A stretch of 63,909 nt of DNA, the filler included, from Choristocarpus tenellus KU-1152 (Eukaryota; Protista; Phaeophyceae): NCBI GenBank assembly GCA_964200185.2. It is 13 parts of 13 records of this genome, joined end to end, with 100 filler letters (N's around TTAATTAATTAA, not from the genome) between each part and the next. Parts side by side here need not be neighbours in the genome. Positions count along the whole stretch, not along the records: positions 1 to 2,758 come from CAXNAD020024997.1; positions 2,859 to 10,863 come from CAXNAD020005280.1; positions 10,964 to 16,325 come from CAXNAD020011036.1; 10 more parts are not named here. One strand, written 5' to 3'. The notes beneath the pieces are model-generated. The model ran no database searches. It saw only the letters and a list, made by a program, of their open reading frames with translations, and was not told where the DNA came from. Shown here piece after piece: positions 1-11,419 of the stretch. A program made the position numbers and the translations under genes. Positions within the stretch are counted from its first letter, which is position 1, and each line of letters opens with the position of its first letter.

Positions 1-238
1 GTAGAGCCGCGTCCATTTGGGGGCCAAAATCCAATGTTTCGATTTTGATGTAATTTTGGCTACGGCGGTTGTTAGGAAGTGTCAATATCCTTGTTCCGGA
101 CACACCTTTTCATAAGGTATACAGTTTACCTACTCCCAAAAGTTTCTAAGTAGGAAAATGGCGCAAGCAACCCGTGGGAAGCCAAGCCCCAAATGGACAA
201 AAAGGGCAAAACTCGTACCCTCTAAGATACTTTCACTC
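1..238 (+). mobile_element. MITE family A copy, 5'-truncated by window start
   Basis: Collinear with the copy at 970-1227; ends in TIR TACCCTCTAAGATACTTTCACTC. Confidence 0.9.
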
Positions 239-1760
239 AAATCTGTTCTTGTTCTTTTGCTGAGTCCCTCAAAAAATGTGTTCAAACATCAATGTGCTTT
301 GTCCTAGTAGAATTAATGGCATTGTGTACTAGTTTGCATGCAAAAACTTTGTCCTCAAACGTCTCAATGCAACGCCCAGGGAACTAATGGCTGATTAAAC
401 TCTACAACACTTTGCAAGAAAAGCAACTCCTGTGCCATACTGCTAAGGGCTGTGTACTCACACTCCATTGTGAAGAGACAGAGCTACAACCTCTTAGACC
501 TTTGGCATCCAAGATATTTCCGCAGCAAACATTCAGGCTCCCGCAGTCTCTGATCTACGATCGTGACAATCCCCAGCATAACTAGCATCCCGCATAGCAC
601 TTATCTCATGCTCAGTACTAAGACCACCAAAAATCAATCCAACACTTTAACACGCACTCAAGAATGCAAAAATACTCTTAACTGCACGCCAATGTGCAAC
701 CTTGGGACAGCTTCGGTACTTGGCAACCTCACGACGTGCATTGGCAATATGTAGCCTGTTCATTACAGCTACCCATATCAAACAACCAAGGGACATTATC
801 ATTATCCCTTGGATTAACCTCTTTATTGCTGAAGCCCTTGAGATATCACAGGGTATAGCCCCTTTCCTTTTTCCCATCCATATCAAATCTTCGACAAAGG
901 CTCTTCGTGTACTTTGCCTGGTGCTCAGTGTCCTCGCAATTCTCCCATGTGAAATCTTACAACCCGCATGAGTCAAAGTATCTTAGAGGGTACAGTCGCG
1001 TCCATTTGGGGGCCAATATCCAATGTTGTGATTTTGATGTAATTTTGGCTATCGTGTTTGTTAGGAAGTGTCAATATCCTTGTTCCGGACGCAACTTTTC
1101 ATAATGTATACATTTTACCTACTCCACAATAGTTCGTAGTAGGAAAATGTAATTAAAAATCCGTGGGAAGTCAAGCTCCAAACGGACAAACAGGGCAAAA
1201 CTCGTACCCTCTAAGATACTTTCACTCGCATGGTATTTGAGATCACCAAAATCATCTATAGAAAGCTACTTCTTAATCCTGGAACAAACCCAAATCAAAA
1301 TATCATGCATTCCTGCTACCATCAGGTCATCGATGTGGGAGCCTATTACTGCCAGGCAACACAATTTTGAAAATAATGTAACACACAGTGGTCTGCTCTG
1401 TGCTGCATAAAAGCATGCGGTTCCAAAGCGTGCACCAACAAATTATTGAACTCCCTGCTAGCTTATTTTGGTGTCACACGGTGCTTACAACAGGCGTATA
1501 GCCTTCCTTGAACACAGACCACATCCATCACACAAACTAGTAAGTGCTTTCTGAATTTTTTGGTCGAAAAAAGCCTGCATCGATCCTTGTCTGTAGCTAG
1601 TGCCAAAACCATTCTTAAAAAATCAGGCAATGATGTCGGAGCAAAGTTATCACGGTAGTCTAAACCCTCAATCTGATAAAAAAAAACTTTTGCTACCAGA
1701 TATGCCTTGTATCTCACTATCTCTCCAAATGATTGAACTTTGAGGTTTTGAATTCATTTC
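239..1760 (-). mobile_element. Decayed Ty1/Copia pol (reverse transcriptase and RNase H), interrupted by MITE insertions
   Basis: Minus-strand motifs RYKAYLVAK..QIEGLDYRDNFAP, GSHIDDLMVAG, DFGDLKYHAGCKI and FEDKVFACKLVHNAINSTRTKHIDV*THFLRD; stops and frameshifts. Confidence 0.9.
970..1227 (+). mobile_element. MITE family A, full-length 258 bp
   Basis: 23-bp TIRs GAGTCAAAGTATCTTAGAGGGTA / TACCCTCTAAGATACTTTCACTC (1 mismatch); flanked by GCAT duplication; removing it restores the Copia RT frame. Confidence 0.95.
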
Positions 1761-2758
1761 AAATTTGGTGTAAATCGCCCTGGGTGCAGGGGGTTACACA
1801 GCGGCCTCCACCCAAATTTCATTCAAACAATGCACCAGACATCTCTTCTGCTCTAACGTGCAGTCAGGACAACTACGTGCTGATCTCACAGTCTTGGATT
1901 CTGGAGGGAATTCGTCCGCTGACACTCTGGTAGACTCATCACCCGCACACGTGACAAGGGTGGTCTCAATGGAAATAGACATACACACCAAACAGATGCC
2001 AAACTCTTGTAAACTAAAAAAAAGGATAAGACCATCTCCTATACGCACGTTATCAACCCCGTTTCGTTTTGCTTTTTGACATTTTTAGGCATTTACAAAC
2101 GGAAAATCGTGACAAGTGGGAACTAATGGGCAATTTTGAGGCATTTCTGAACGAGGCAAATCTGAACGGAGGTTGGATCACACTCTTCGTGACCAATTTT
2201 CAAGGCAAATCTGAACAGAATTCTTGGTGTTTCGATTTGTCCTCTGTTGTTGTTCATTGCAATGTACTTGGGGCTACAGAGTTATTACCTATAACACATC
2301 TGGTCCAAGATCGACAAAATGGATGAAGAGAGTGAGAAATGTTAAAGTATCCCCAAAATCATCAAAGAGGATAAAGATGATAAAACCCGGCGAGATTGCT
2401 TGGTGTCTGTAGAGTGATTGATTAAAGTTAGGTGGGGCATACAATGCCCCATAAAATCATAAGTATTTCCTTCTACATGAGAAAAATTCTCATACAACTA
2501 GTCACTAGTAAAATGTTCTGATAACTCTACCACTAATTGATTGTTCCATTACTCCATACATATTTTTACCGTAACTGTCCGATAGAGTTGGAGGGTCAAA
2601 TCGAACAAGAGAGACCAAATATCATCGTCCTCAGGTTCATCGTCTTTCTAGTTCATCTTCTTTCGATGAATCTACTGTTCGATTAGACTCTTTGTTAAGA
2701 ATATGCTTTTTATTCATGTGTAAAATATGATTCTGTGGGAGAAACATTGAGTTGTTGA

Positions 2759-2858
2759 NNNNNNNNNNNNNNNNNNNNNNNNNNNNNNNNNNNNNNNNNN
2801 NNTTAATTAATTAANNNNNNNNNNNNNNNNNNNNNNNNNNNNNNNNNNNNNNNNNNNN
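2759..2858. other. Artificial contig linker (44 N + TTAATTAATTAA + 44 N); also at 10864, 16326, 19211, 22321, 25862, 30019, 32686, 41126, 53384, 58455, 61298
   Basis: Identical 100-nt spacer with six-frame stop cassette occurs 12 times. Confidence 0.99.
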
Positions 2859-4822
2859 GGGGGGGGGGAAGGTTCCAACCAAAAAAGCAAGCAAAGTATA
2901 CCCTAACTCCAACCTACAAAGCAAAAAGAGGCTTCCTGAAACCATGTAAAGCTCATCGTGTCATGATTGTAAAAGAAGGAAATACTGGAGATGGTATGGC
3001 AACAAATCTGATTGACTCAATGCAGAATATGTATAGGCTATTCCACTCATGTGAAGTGTTGACATTAGCATTGGTGTGGTGCTCCCTAACCCTCAACATC
3101 GACATGATCTGCAACTGAAGTTACAATGCCAAGTGGGTTGCTAAAAAAGTAACAGAAGCAGTAAAAAAAAACTATGGGAGGGGAACACACACATAGAACA
3201 AGTGAAACATACCCTCTTCCCTTGCCCTCTGACCCCCAGAACCAGCTGGTACCACGTTTGAGGGGAAAAAGGTATGAGATTCAATAATATGGTGCATCTG
3301 ATTCATGTCTAGACTCCGGGGCACAGGCAGTAAACCCTGCCCTGTTGTAGATCCTTCCAAAAAATGAATAAAAAAAACAAAAGCATGATACCATGATCGT
3401 ATGGTATTGGCAATGGTAATATACCAGCAACAGTCATGGCTTGACATGTCTAGTTCAGCACACTGCTGTTTGCCCAAGTGAAGTTGCTTCAGGTGTATAC
3501 TTCCATGTACTCCAAAGCACTATAGTATGCATACCCCCTTGACTACAGGATATTTTCTATGGAGTGAAGTAAAAAAAGAAGCGTACATGTGCAAATACAG
3601 TCAGATTAAACATCGAAAGGTGAGCTTCAAGATTATTGCATTTAGGGCATATCAGCTGGTCTGCCCTGTGTTTTGCTCCCGCAGTTCTTAGCTCAAGAAT
3701 ATTCGCAGCTAAATTTGATGTACACTTGGTAAATCATTCATTCGTTCCATACCATGATGAATGAATCTCCTCAATGCCACTGATCCCAGCAGCCGGTTTC
3801 TGCCTCGGAGTTTTATTAATTGGTATTACTGCTGTTGCTGGCTCCAACACAATGAGCACACACTCGCCTGTGTAGTCTGTGGCTGATCTACACACACGAA
3901 CAGGTTTATTATTTCACACCTAAGCACCAATAGAGAAAATTATGTGTGTAAGTCTACGGGCTTTGAAGGACTCAAGAAAGGGTCATCCGACCCCTGTAGA
4001 GAATCTAGTAATGAGCCCATCGAGAACCAAATAGTACCATGCTATGGAAGACCGCATACATCAAATTTCAGTGACAAACCAAATTTCCACTGCTGTCTTT
4101 CATTTGAAAATCATGGGAATAGGGATAGAGGATAAACGATTATCTATCATACCATTCAGGGGCAGGGAATACTGTTTGTAATGCTACTGCAGAATTACTG
4201 ACTGTTCACGTTTTCCCTTTCAATATTGCGGTTGAGTATTCTTATCTTCGTGACCTTGATCCTCTTCTTGAAGTGATGCAACCATACCCAGGCCCAACGC
4301 CACTGCTTGTCTTGTTAAATTGCCACGAAAATTCAAACTTGTCCCATCGTTACTACAAAGTATTTCGAATAGCCCCTTTCTTCGCAAAGAACACTGACTA
4401 CAGTTGTGTGGCACTTGATTCGACTTGTGGTTGGTCAGGACACCTGCGAACATGTACTAGAAGCACCTATTTTCAGCGCAATTAGTACTACCTATTTGAT
4501 CACATCATAGGCAATTCAAATGGTCCTCAGTCAGTACCAACCTAGACGTAGAGAAATTGGCACAATGCACTGGGTCATTACAAGTCATTTACTGTTATAA
4601 TCATCACACCCAACGCAACAGCGAAAATAGTCGTGACTGACACTCCATACAAGCTTGCTATCCATATGCTAGGATAGTTTCGACACAATGCAATATCTTT
4701 GTCCCATTGCTGTAATACTACCGTATCGGCAATATGTAAGCTGCCATGTCATCAAACCTGAGCACATCGTGTGGAACATGAAAAGTTATTGGTGTCCTTA
4801 CACATCCGTCGCGACAATTCAC

Positions 4823-5134
4823 CTGATACGAGCTCCGCATAAGAAGTACCGCAAAGTCTCTGATCAATCTTGGCCGATTAATTTTTACAGGCTCAGGTCG
4901 ACGGGATAGTTCGATCTTTCGCGATAGCCAATCCAAATATGTTGGTTCCTCCTGTGCAGATCGCATGGATATTCCACATGACGTGCGGCTTGAAGTTGTT
5001 GAGGTATGCCCCCGATCAAGTCTCAACCTTGCGTGGGAGGGTACAAAACGCGTTTTGGTTTGATGAAAGCAACAACCTGGTCGGAGGTTGCCCAGGGACC
5101 CTACCACGAAGAGGAGGGAAACCTGCGCCTTCAT
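4823..5134 (-). CDS. First exon of a probable plastid-targeted protein of unknown function
   Basis: ATG, signal-peptide-like MKAQVSLLFVVGSLG, Ser/Thr/Arg-rich transit-like segment, then LIRDFAVLLMRSSYQ ending at CAG|GTGAAT donor; downstream exons not resolved. Confidence 0.6.
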
Positions 5135-5270
5135 CCTGTTCCTGTTATGTACTCTTCAATAGATGATTCCATTGATACGACACACGCCTTCCTACAGATA
5201 AACAAATGATTTTGAAAATCTTGACCAGAACACTCTCATCACAGGTCAGTGACCACACGAACCGATAGAG

Positions 5271-6521
5271 ATGGGGGACAGTGTTCCTATCATGGACGAA
5301 GAAGAACTATCAAAAACGCTAGAAGATCATGGGACCGCATTTAACGGATTCGCAGAGAACGTGCAGGCGGAAGTTTTTAACATGATTTCTTCTCAAAGTG
5401 TGGGGCCACAAGGATTTGTGGAGAATGTACAAGGTGATCAGCAATGCTGCGCCTGGTCCACCTTTTGGAGTCTATTTTTTTTTTATCGCATCTCCTCCTG
5501 TTGCTTCCCCTCATCGTTCGTTGGATTGTGATACCCAAACTAGTGTTGTCGAACTTTCAATTTATCTATCTAATAGAACTCACTCGATCTTTACCAGCCT
5601 TCCGCCACGCGGTGGACTGGAGTGAGACATGGATCCAGGGCCTGCTGACATTCCATCTATTCTTACTAATATTCTTTATCATCACGAGGAATAATTTCAA
5701 TATCCAGGTGAGCTTCCCCATTGACACATTTTGTAATACTCCATGTTCACATTCCACCTGGCACTAAACTTTCCACATCTGACTCTCTTGCGCCAACCCG
5801 AAGCGATTAGTTCGTGTAATGGCGTGCTCTCCTAAATATTGGAATATATTATTGACCCTAGGTTGGCCTCTTCTTGGTGGTACTGGCTCTGGGGAGAGCA
5901 TCAGAGCTCCTAAACACATACCTTGCGGGACGTTGGAAAGATTTTGCCAGACAAAACTACTTCGACCCAAACGGGGTATTTATGGGGATTATGTGGGCAT
6001 CACCTCTGCTGTTTGTGGGATTTTTACAATTGGTGAGCCAATGGATTCCGTCCATCTCTAATTTCCAGCACACCTAGACGCCATAATAGATGCTGACCAA
6101 CCTGATATTTTGTTGGTATTTTCCATACTTGATAGCCTGCACCGATAGAGGAAACTAAATAGATTCGTGTATGCTATGCGTGGGTGAGCAAATATGTTTG
6201 CAAGGTGTAGGCCCCCAAGTACTACACAACTTGAAATTGGGTTGCCTGTGTTGTTTAGCACTGCAAAACCTGTATCACCTTTTTGACTCCTGAATGACAA
6301 GATGCTTCAAGTGTGCTGATCTCATCTAACCCTCCTTGGTTTCCCAGTTAAACTTCTTGCGACAGTGCGCATCAATGCTGGTGATTGTGAAGAGGGAAGC
6401 GATTAAACGCGAATTGGCTGCAAAGAAAAAGAACAAAGAGGGCAAGGTCAAGGGGAAGGGAAATGCCGAACAGGCTACATCGACTGAAGAATCTGCCTCA
6501 GTATCAAAAAAGGAAGACTGA
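5271..6521 (+). CDS. TMEM18: Transmembrane protein 18 (exons 5271-5433, 5598-5707, 5862-6032, 6348-6521)
   Basis: Phase-compatible GT-AG exons; AVDWSETWI, WKDFARQNYFDPNGVFMGIMWASPLL and basic C-terminal tail are typical of TMEM18. Confidence 0.9.
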
Positions 6522-7699
6522 ACCATTAGGGTGTGGTTTAAGACTTGGAAGAATCTCATTTCACAGGTTGAGGAGTGCAGACTTCGGTTTGCTCTGTTGT
6601 TCATGCTTGGATTGTGTACTCTTGTTTAGTTTACTTCAATAGAGTACTGTGGTCTGTTCCCAGTTGTATACCTGACAGATCTCAGGGTACCAAGTTTCAG
6701 AACTTGCACTGGTTTTACACACTAAAATTCTACCAACAGTATGATAAATTTTTGTTTTGTAGTAGAAGCACCTTCCCCTTTTTGTGCAGTGTGGATTTGG
6801 TGAGGACAGCTGATGGCTAAAGCTGGTGCAATAAAGGGTAGAGTTTACTGACGATAGGTCTGAGAATCGCATAGTATCAGCTGTGTAAGTTTATTGTCAT
6901 GTTGGAAACATGATCAAATGGTTTCAAAGCAACCACAGTAGGCTGTTTCTTGATTTTGTCTAATTATCACTAACTGCATGCAGTACGTATCAGGTGTGTG
7001 TAGTGCACAAAGGTTAACCAAAAATAGGATGAATTTCACATTGAAATTTCCAGGAAATCTCAACACTGCCTGTTGAGATGGGTAATATCCAAAAGTCGAG
7101 AGGTAATGGTTTCTTCGTGTGGGCATTTGACATCCAAGCTGTATTGTAGAACCAATCCCTCACCTCATGAGCACTGTTGATGAAGTTGTTTCTTCTCAAG
7201 GCTTGTCAGTTAAGTCATTTACATGGTTCATCCTCCACCCTGCAATCTCCAATAAATACCCGTACTCGATACTCATTCACAATGCCAACCCTCTATAGCA
7301 ATTAGTACCCTGATCTTTCCTTCTCAATTGAAAATCACTTCTTCAAATGTAGGTGACATATTTTTTCTGTCATTAGGGGCTCCTTATTTCCTTACGTGCT
7401 TATTGGATATGAGAGGAATACAAGCCGTGCGACGACAATAGCCAAAAGTTTCATATCCTTTCAAATTTTGACACAATTGCGCATTTCTGAATTCTTTAGG
7501 GCTTGTAAAAATAAAAATGTTTTTCCTAGCTATTGGGGCACAGGGACCTTCCACAAACTAGTTTCTATCCTCGTCCAAAGAAGTATGAACTATAGGTTTA
7601 TGCTCCACACGATTAACGCTGTTCCAGTGCTTCACTTCAAGTTTCTAGGCAATGTTCCTGATATACCAAGCCACCTTGCTTCGTGAATCAATCTTGAAA

Positions 7700-8368
7700 T
7701 TAGCCCCGTCCACGACCCCTCCAACTCCCCCGTCCACCACCACGTCCACGCAATCCCGCCCCCATGATCGGCCTCATGCCAGTGACCTTCTCAGCCTCAA
7801 GCGCACACTCGGCGCTCGCTGCCTTGAGGCGGGCTGCAGCTCCGGTAGCCCCCTTTGATATTTTATCCGCCCTTGCCACAGCTTCCTGTGCATCCCTCAT
7901 CCTAGCACCCCTAGCCACCTCCGACGCTTGCATCTCTGCCATCTCCATGTTGGCAGAGCAATCTTTGCACTTTCTGGACGCATCAGGTTTGCGAGCCTGG
8001 GTGTTGCTAAAAAATCTCGGTAACTTCTCTTTTAGGCAGACGCTACACACTAGGGGGTTTCCTTCTACGGTTCCACGGACCTCTGAGGCTCTGGCTCGTT
8101 CAGCCTCTTGAGCACTGGTGATACAAATTTTACATCGCAACTCTTCCAGCTTAAGCTTCCCCGCCCTCAATTTGTCGAGTTGCTTGCCACTGAAATCCTT
8201 GGCGGTGAGACGCTTTCGCCGACACGCACAGCACGGGTAATCACCAGCCCAAGATCCTCTGACAGCGTCCATGACGTCCTTGGAATTGTTGAAAGTTGTA
8301 AGTGTTGACACGTTTGTTGATAGGTCCAAATTCAAATGTTCAGGGTTTTTATGTTCTTGGTTCTTCAT
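7700..8368 (-). CDS. Intronless protein with two Stc1-like C4 zinc modules and a C-terminal RGG tail
   Basis: 222-aa ORF with two CxxC...FSxxQ...CKxC units, Ala-rich helix and terminal GRGGGRGSWRGRGRG. Confidence 0.75.
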   Translation of the reverse strand: MKNQEHKNPEHLNLDLSTNVSTLTTFNNSKDVMDAVRGSWAGDYPCCACRRKRLTAKDFSGKQLDKLRAGKLKLEELRCKICITSAQEAERARASEVRGTVEGNPLVCSVCLKEKLPRFFSNTQARKPDASRKCKDCSANMEMAEMQASEVARGARMRDAQEAVARADKISKGATGAAARLKAASAECALEAEKVTGMRPIMGAGLRGRGGGRGSWRGRGRG

Positions 8369-8510
8369 TTATTGACTGAAAGTTGACACGCGGTTTTTTT
8401 CCGCGATCAGTCATAAGACTTCAAAACACAACCAATATACCCCAAAGTTTGTAACCATCTTGGTTCCCAGCAAGGGGCTGAGTCGACCTAATTAGAGGAT
8501 ACACGCTCAG

Positions 8511-10426
8511 ATGAAAAGAAGGGACGGGAGTGATACATTGCGACGGCCGAGACCTGGGTCGTTGGCTATTCGTGTTGAATCCAGCGATCAGAGTGTTCGA
8601 GAGGACGATAGTGTAGACAATGTTGAGGTGTGTGTGAGAATCAGGCCACCGAACGAACGAGAGCTGCGACAGAGTCAAGGCAATGCATGGCTCTGGGAGG
8701 ATAATACGATCGCGCAGGTGCCACCCACTAAGGGTCCAATGGCAAGGGCTGGGCGTAAGAACCATGCGACAAAATACACATACGATCACTTGTTTCCTCC
8801 CGAGAGCAACACTGAGGAGATTTATGAAGACACTGTTCGCAGAGTTGTGCTGGCAACTATGGGTGGTTACCACGGATCGGTTTTTGCGTATGGGCAGACC
8901 TCCACAGGCAAGACACACACCATGCAGGGGACCGAGGAGGAGCCTGGCGTGATACCTTTGGCCATTGAGGAGTGCTTCTCATACGTTTCCGCCAGCGAAG
9001 AAGACAGGCGTGTTAAGTAGCTGAACGATAAGTAGCTGAACGATATGACCTAAATACAGGCGGGATATCCCCTGTGCAATTACTCTTCGTAGAAACTGAT
9101 CCGTATTCCCATTCTAATATCTAGCACGGAACATGCTCGCCACACAGTACCACACCTCACGAATACATCTCTTTGTATTGACTTCTCGTTTTAACACCTA
9201 GACCAGTCACTTTATGATCCTACTTTTCTCCGTCACGTGTTTTTGTCCCAACTCCTGTGCCCACCCCCTTCCCCTCGATATCAACAACCGCAAACATCAC
9301 AGCTAACTCCTCTCTTGTGCTTGTGCTAACTACGACTCTCTCGCTGGAATCAATACGTGGTTCCACTGGTTAAAACGGTGCCCCCAACCGGGTCACGGAT
9401 CTTAATCTGGTAAACATGTTTCGTTGTGGTGTCGAACTCGAAATATCTGTCCTGGCTGGATCCTGTTGGGTATCGAATGGGTGCCGTTTCAATGATATGG
9501 ATAAATCCTTCCCAGAGAGTTTCTCTTCCGAGTGTCATACCTCGAGATCTACAATGAGCAAATCAACGACCTTTTGTGTCCAGCATCTACGCTGACCAAT
9601 GTGCGCATCCTGGAGAGCAAAAAGCTGGGGGTGCAACTGCAAGGGGTCAAGGAAGAAGTTGTCATCTCGCCGGCACAGGTCTATGCACTCATCTCTGCAG
9701 GGGAGGCCCAACGGCATGTGGGCTCAACTGACGCCAATAAGGTATGGTGGGGAGTAATTTATGTCTTGGACGGTTTAAAGTAATTTCTGCCATCGTTTTG
9801 TTGTTGGTGGTAAATTATCGATCTACATGCATATTTTGTGATTCTGGAGATAGATTAGATGTAGTGGGCCATGAAGACCACCTATCGATTTTCTCCTGTC
9901 GGTTAGTATTGCAATGCTTTTTTTTAACTAGACTACATGTGGTTGTATTAGAGGAAGGGCAGACAATCCTTGTGCCGATGTTTCCACCTTCTGCAGAAAG
10001 CAGCGCTGTATCCTTGTGATGCCATATTGCACAAAATGCCACATATGAAGTACTTTTAAAAAACTATGGTGCAACACGTCCTTGTATGATTCTCAACCTG
10101 CTCATGCCTGCTCTTGCCCCTCTGCTGTGCCATACTCCCCTCCTGTACCACTATGTCTTTCATCCTGCCTCCTGGTGCTGCCTTCTTGCCTGCATGGCGT
10201 GTTGTGTTTGTGTGCCCTCTTTGATATCTTAAAACATCTGCAAGACATGAACCGCAAACAATAGTTGGAAACACCTGTTATTTTATTATCGTCCCAATCT
10301 TCTTCCCTCTCCCTCCCTCTCTCCTTTGTTTCCACGATTGGTTTGTCGTTGCAATCGTCTGTTCTGTTTCTTTAATATTCGTATGGTTTTGGTGCCCCTG
10401 TTTGGTCATCTTTATTTCTTACCAAT

Positions 10427-10459
<33 letters not shown>

Positions 10460-10716
10460 GTGGTTATTTTATTTTGTTTTGGGTTAAAAAAAAAAGAATT
10501 CCTCTCGATCCCACACCATTTTCCGGATGGTGATTGAGAGTCGAAGCCGATCTGGGCGTCGGAGTGTGATGAGCACACTCAGTCTGGTGGACCTTGCAGG
10601 GTCGGAAAGTGTTCGCCTGGCCAACACTCAAGGGCAGCGCCAAATAGAGGGGTCCTTCATCAACAAGTCCTTGCTCACCCTAGGAAAAGTTGTCAGTATG
10701 CTCACAGAAGACAAAG
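8511..10716 (+). CDS. Kinesin motor, CENP-E/kinesin-7-like, 3'-truncated (exons 8511-9007, 9516-9741, 10497-10716)
   Basis: VCVRIRP, P-loop YGQTSTGKTHTM, DREFLFRVSYLEIYNE, NSSRSH, LVDLAGSE, INKSLLTLG. Confidence 0.93.
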
Positions 10717-11419
10717 GTATGTATGCAAGAGTATTAATGTTCCACATAGTTTACACATTGAAATGCTGCTACACCACTAAGGTAGTAGTCTTGATCGGTG
10801 AACAAAGGCAGTTGCATATATATATATATATTTATTTATTTTTTCCCCTTTTTTTTTCCCCCCNNNNNNNNNNNNNNNNNNNNNNNNNNNNNNNNNNNNN
10901 NNNNNNNTTAATTAATTAANNNNNNNNNNNNNNNNNNNNNNNNNNNNNNNNNNNNNNNNNNNNGTAGTGAAGATAAGAGAGTGTGAAGCCTCACACGACC
11001 CCCTTTGCTGAACGTGAAAAAAGGAAAGGATGGTTGAAATTTAGAAGAGTGACCTTTGTGTATGGTGTCTTCTAATTGCTTGTTTATTATTTATTTGTGC
11101 TTCCTATCTGAGTCAACGGTCATGTCAAAGTTGAATGCAGAATAAATACCAATACATAATTCCATACATAATCTGGATGTACTATTTTATTAGTTACATC
11201 ACATGGACTCAATTCAACACAACAATCTCATATACACAAAATAAGGTACACCTCACTATTGTCCTATTTTGCACAGTTACTTGTGGAGTGAGATAATGCT
11301 TTTGTTAATCTGGTCATTTGAAAGCTTTCACGCTGAAATTGATCGGCGGCCTGCAGGATGGTTTCGAAATATTTCTCATTCCTTATCTCATATTCCGTTC
11401 CTGATCTCACGAACATATT

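Noticed and set aside
2759-2858. Recurring TTAATTAATTAA flanked by Ns, as a biological repeat
   Set aside because: Artificial contig linker; no gene-neighbourhood inference is valid across it
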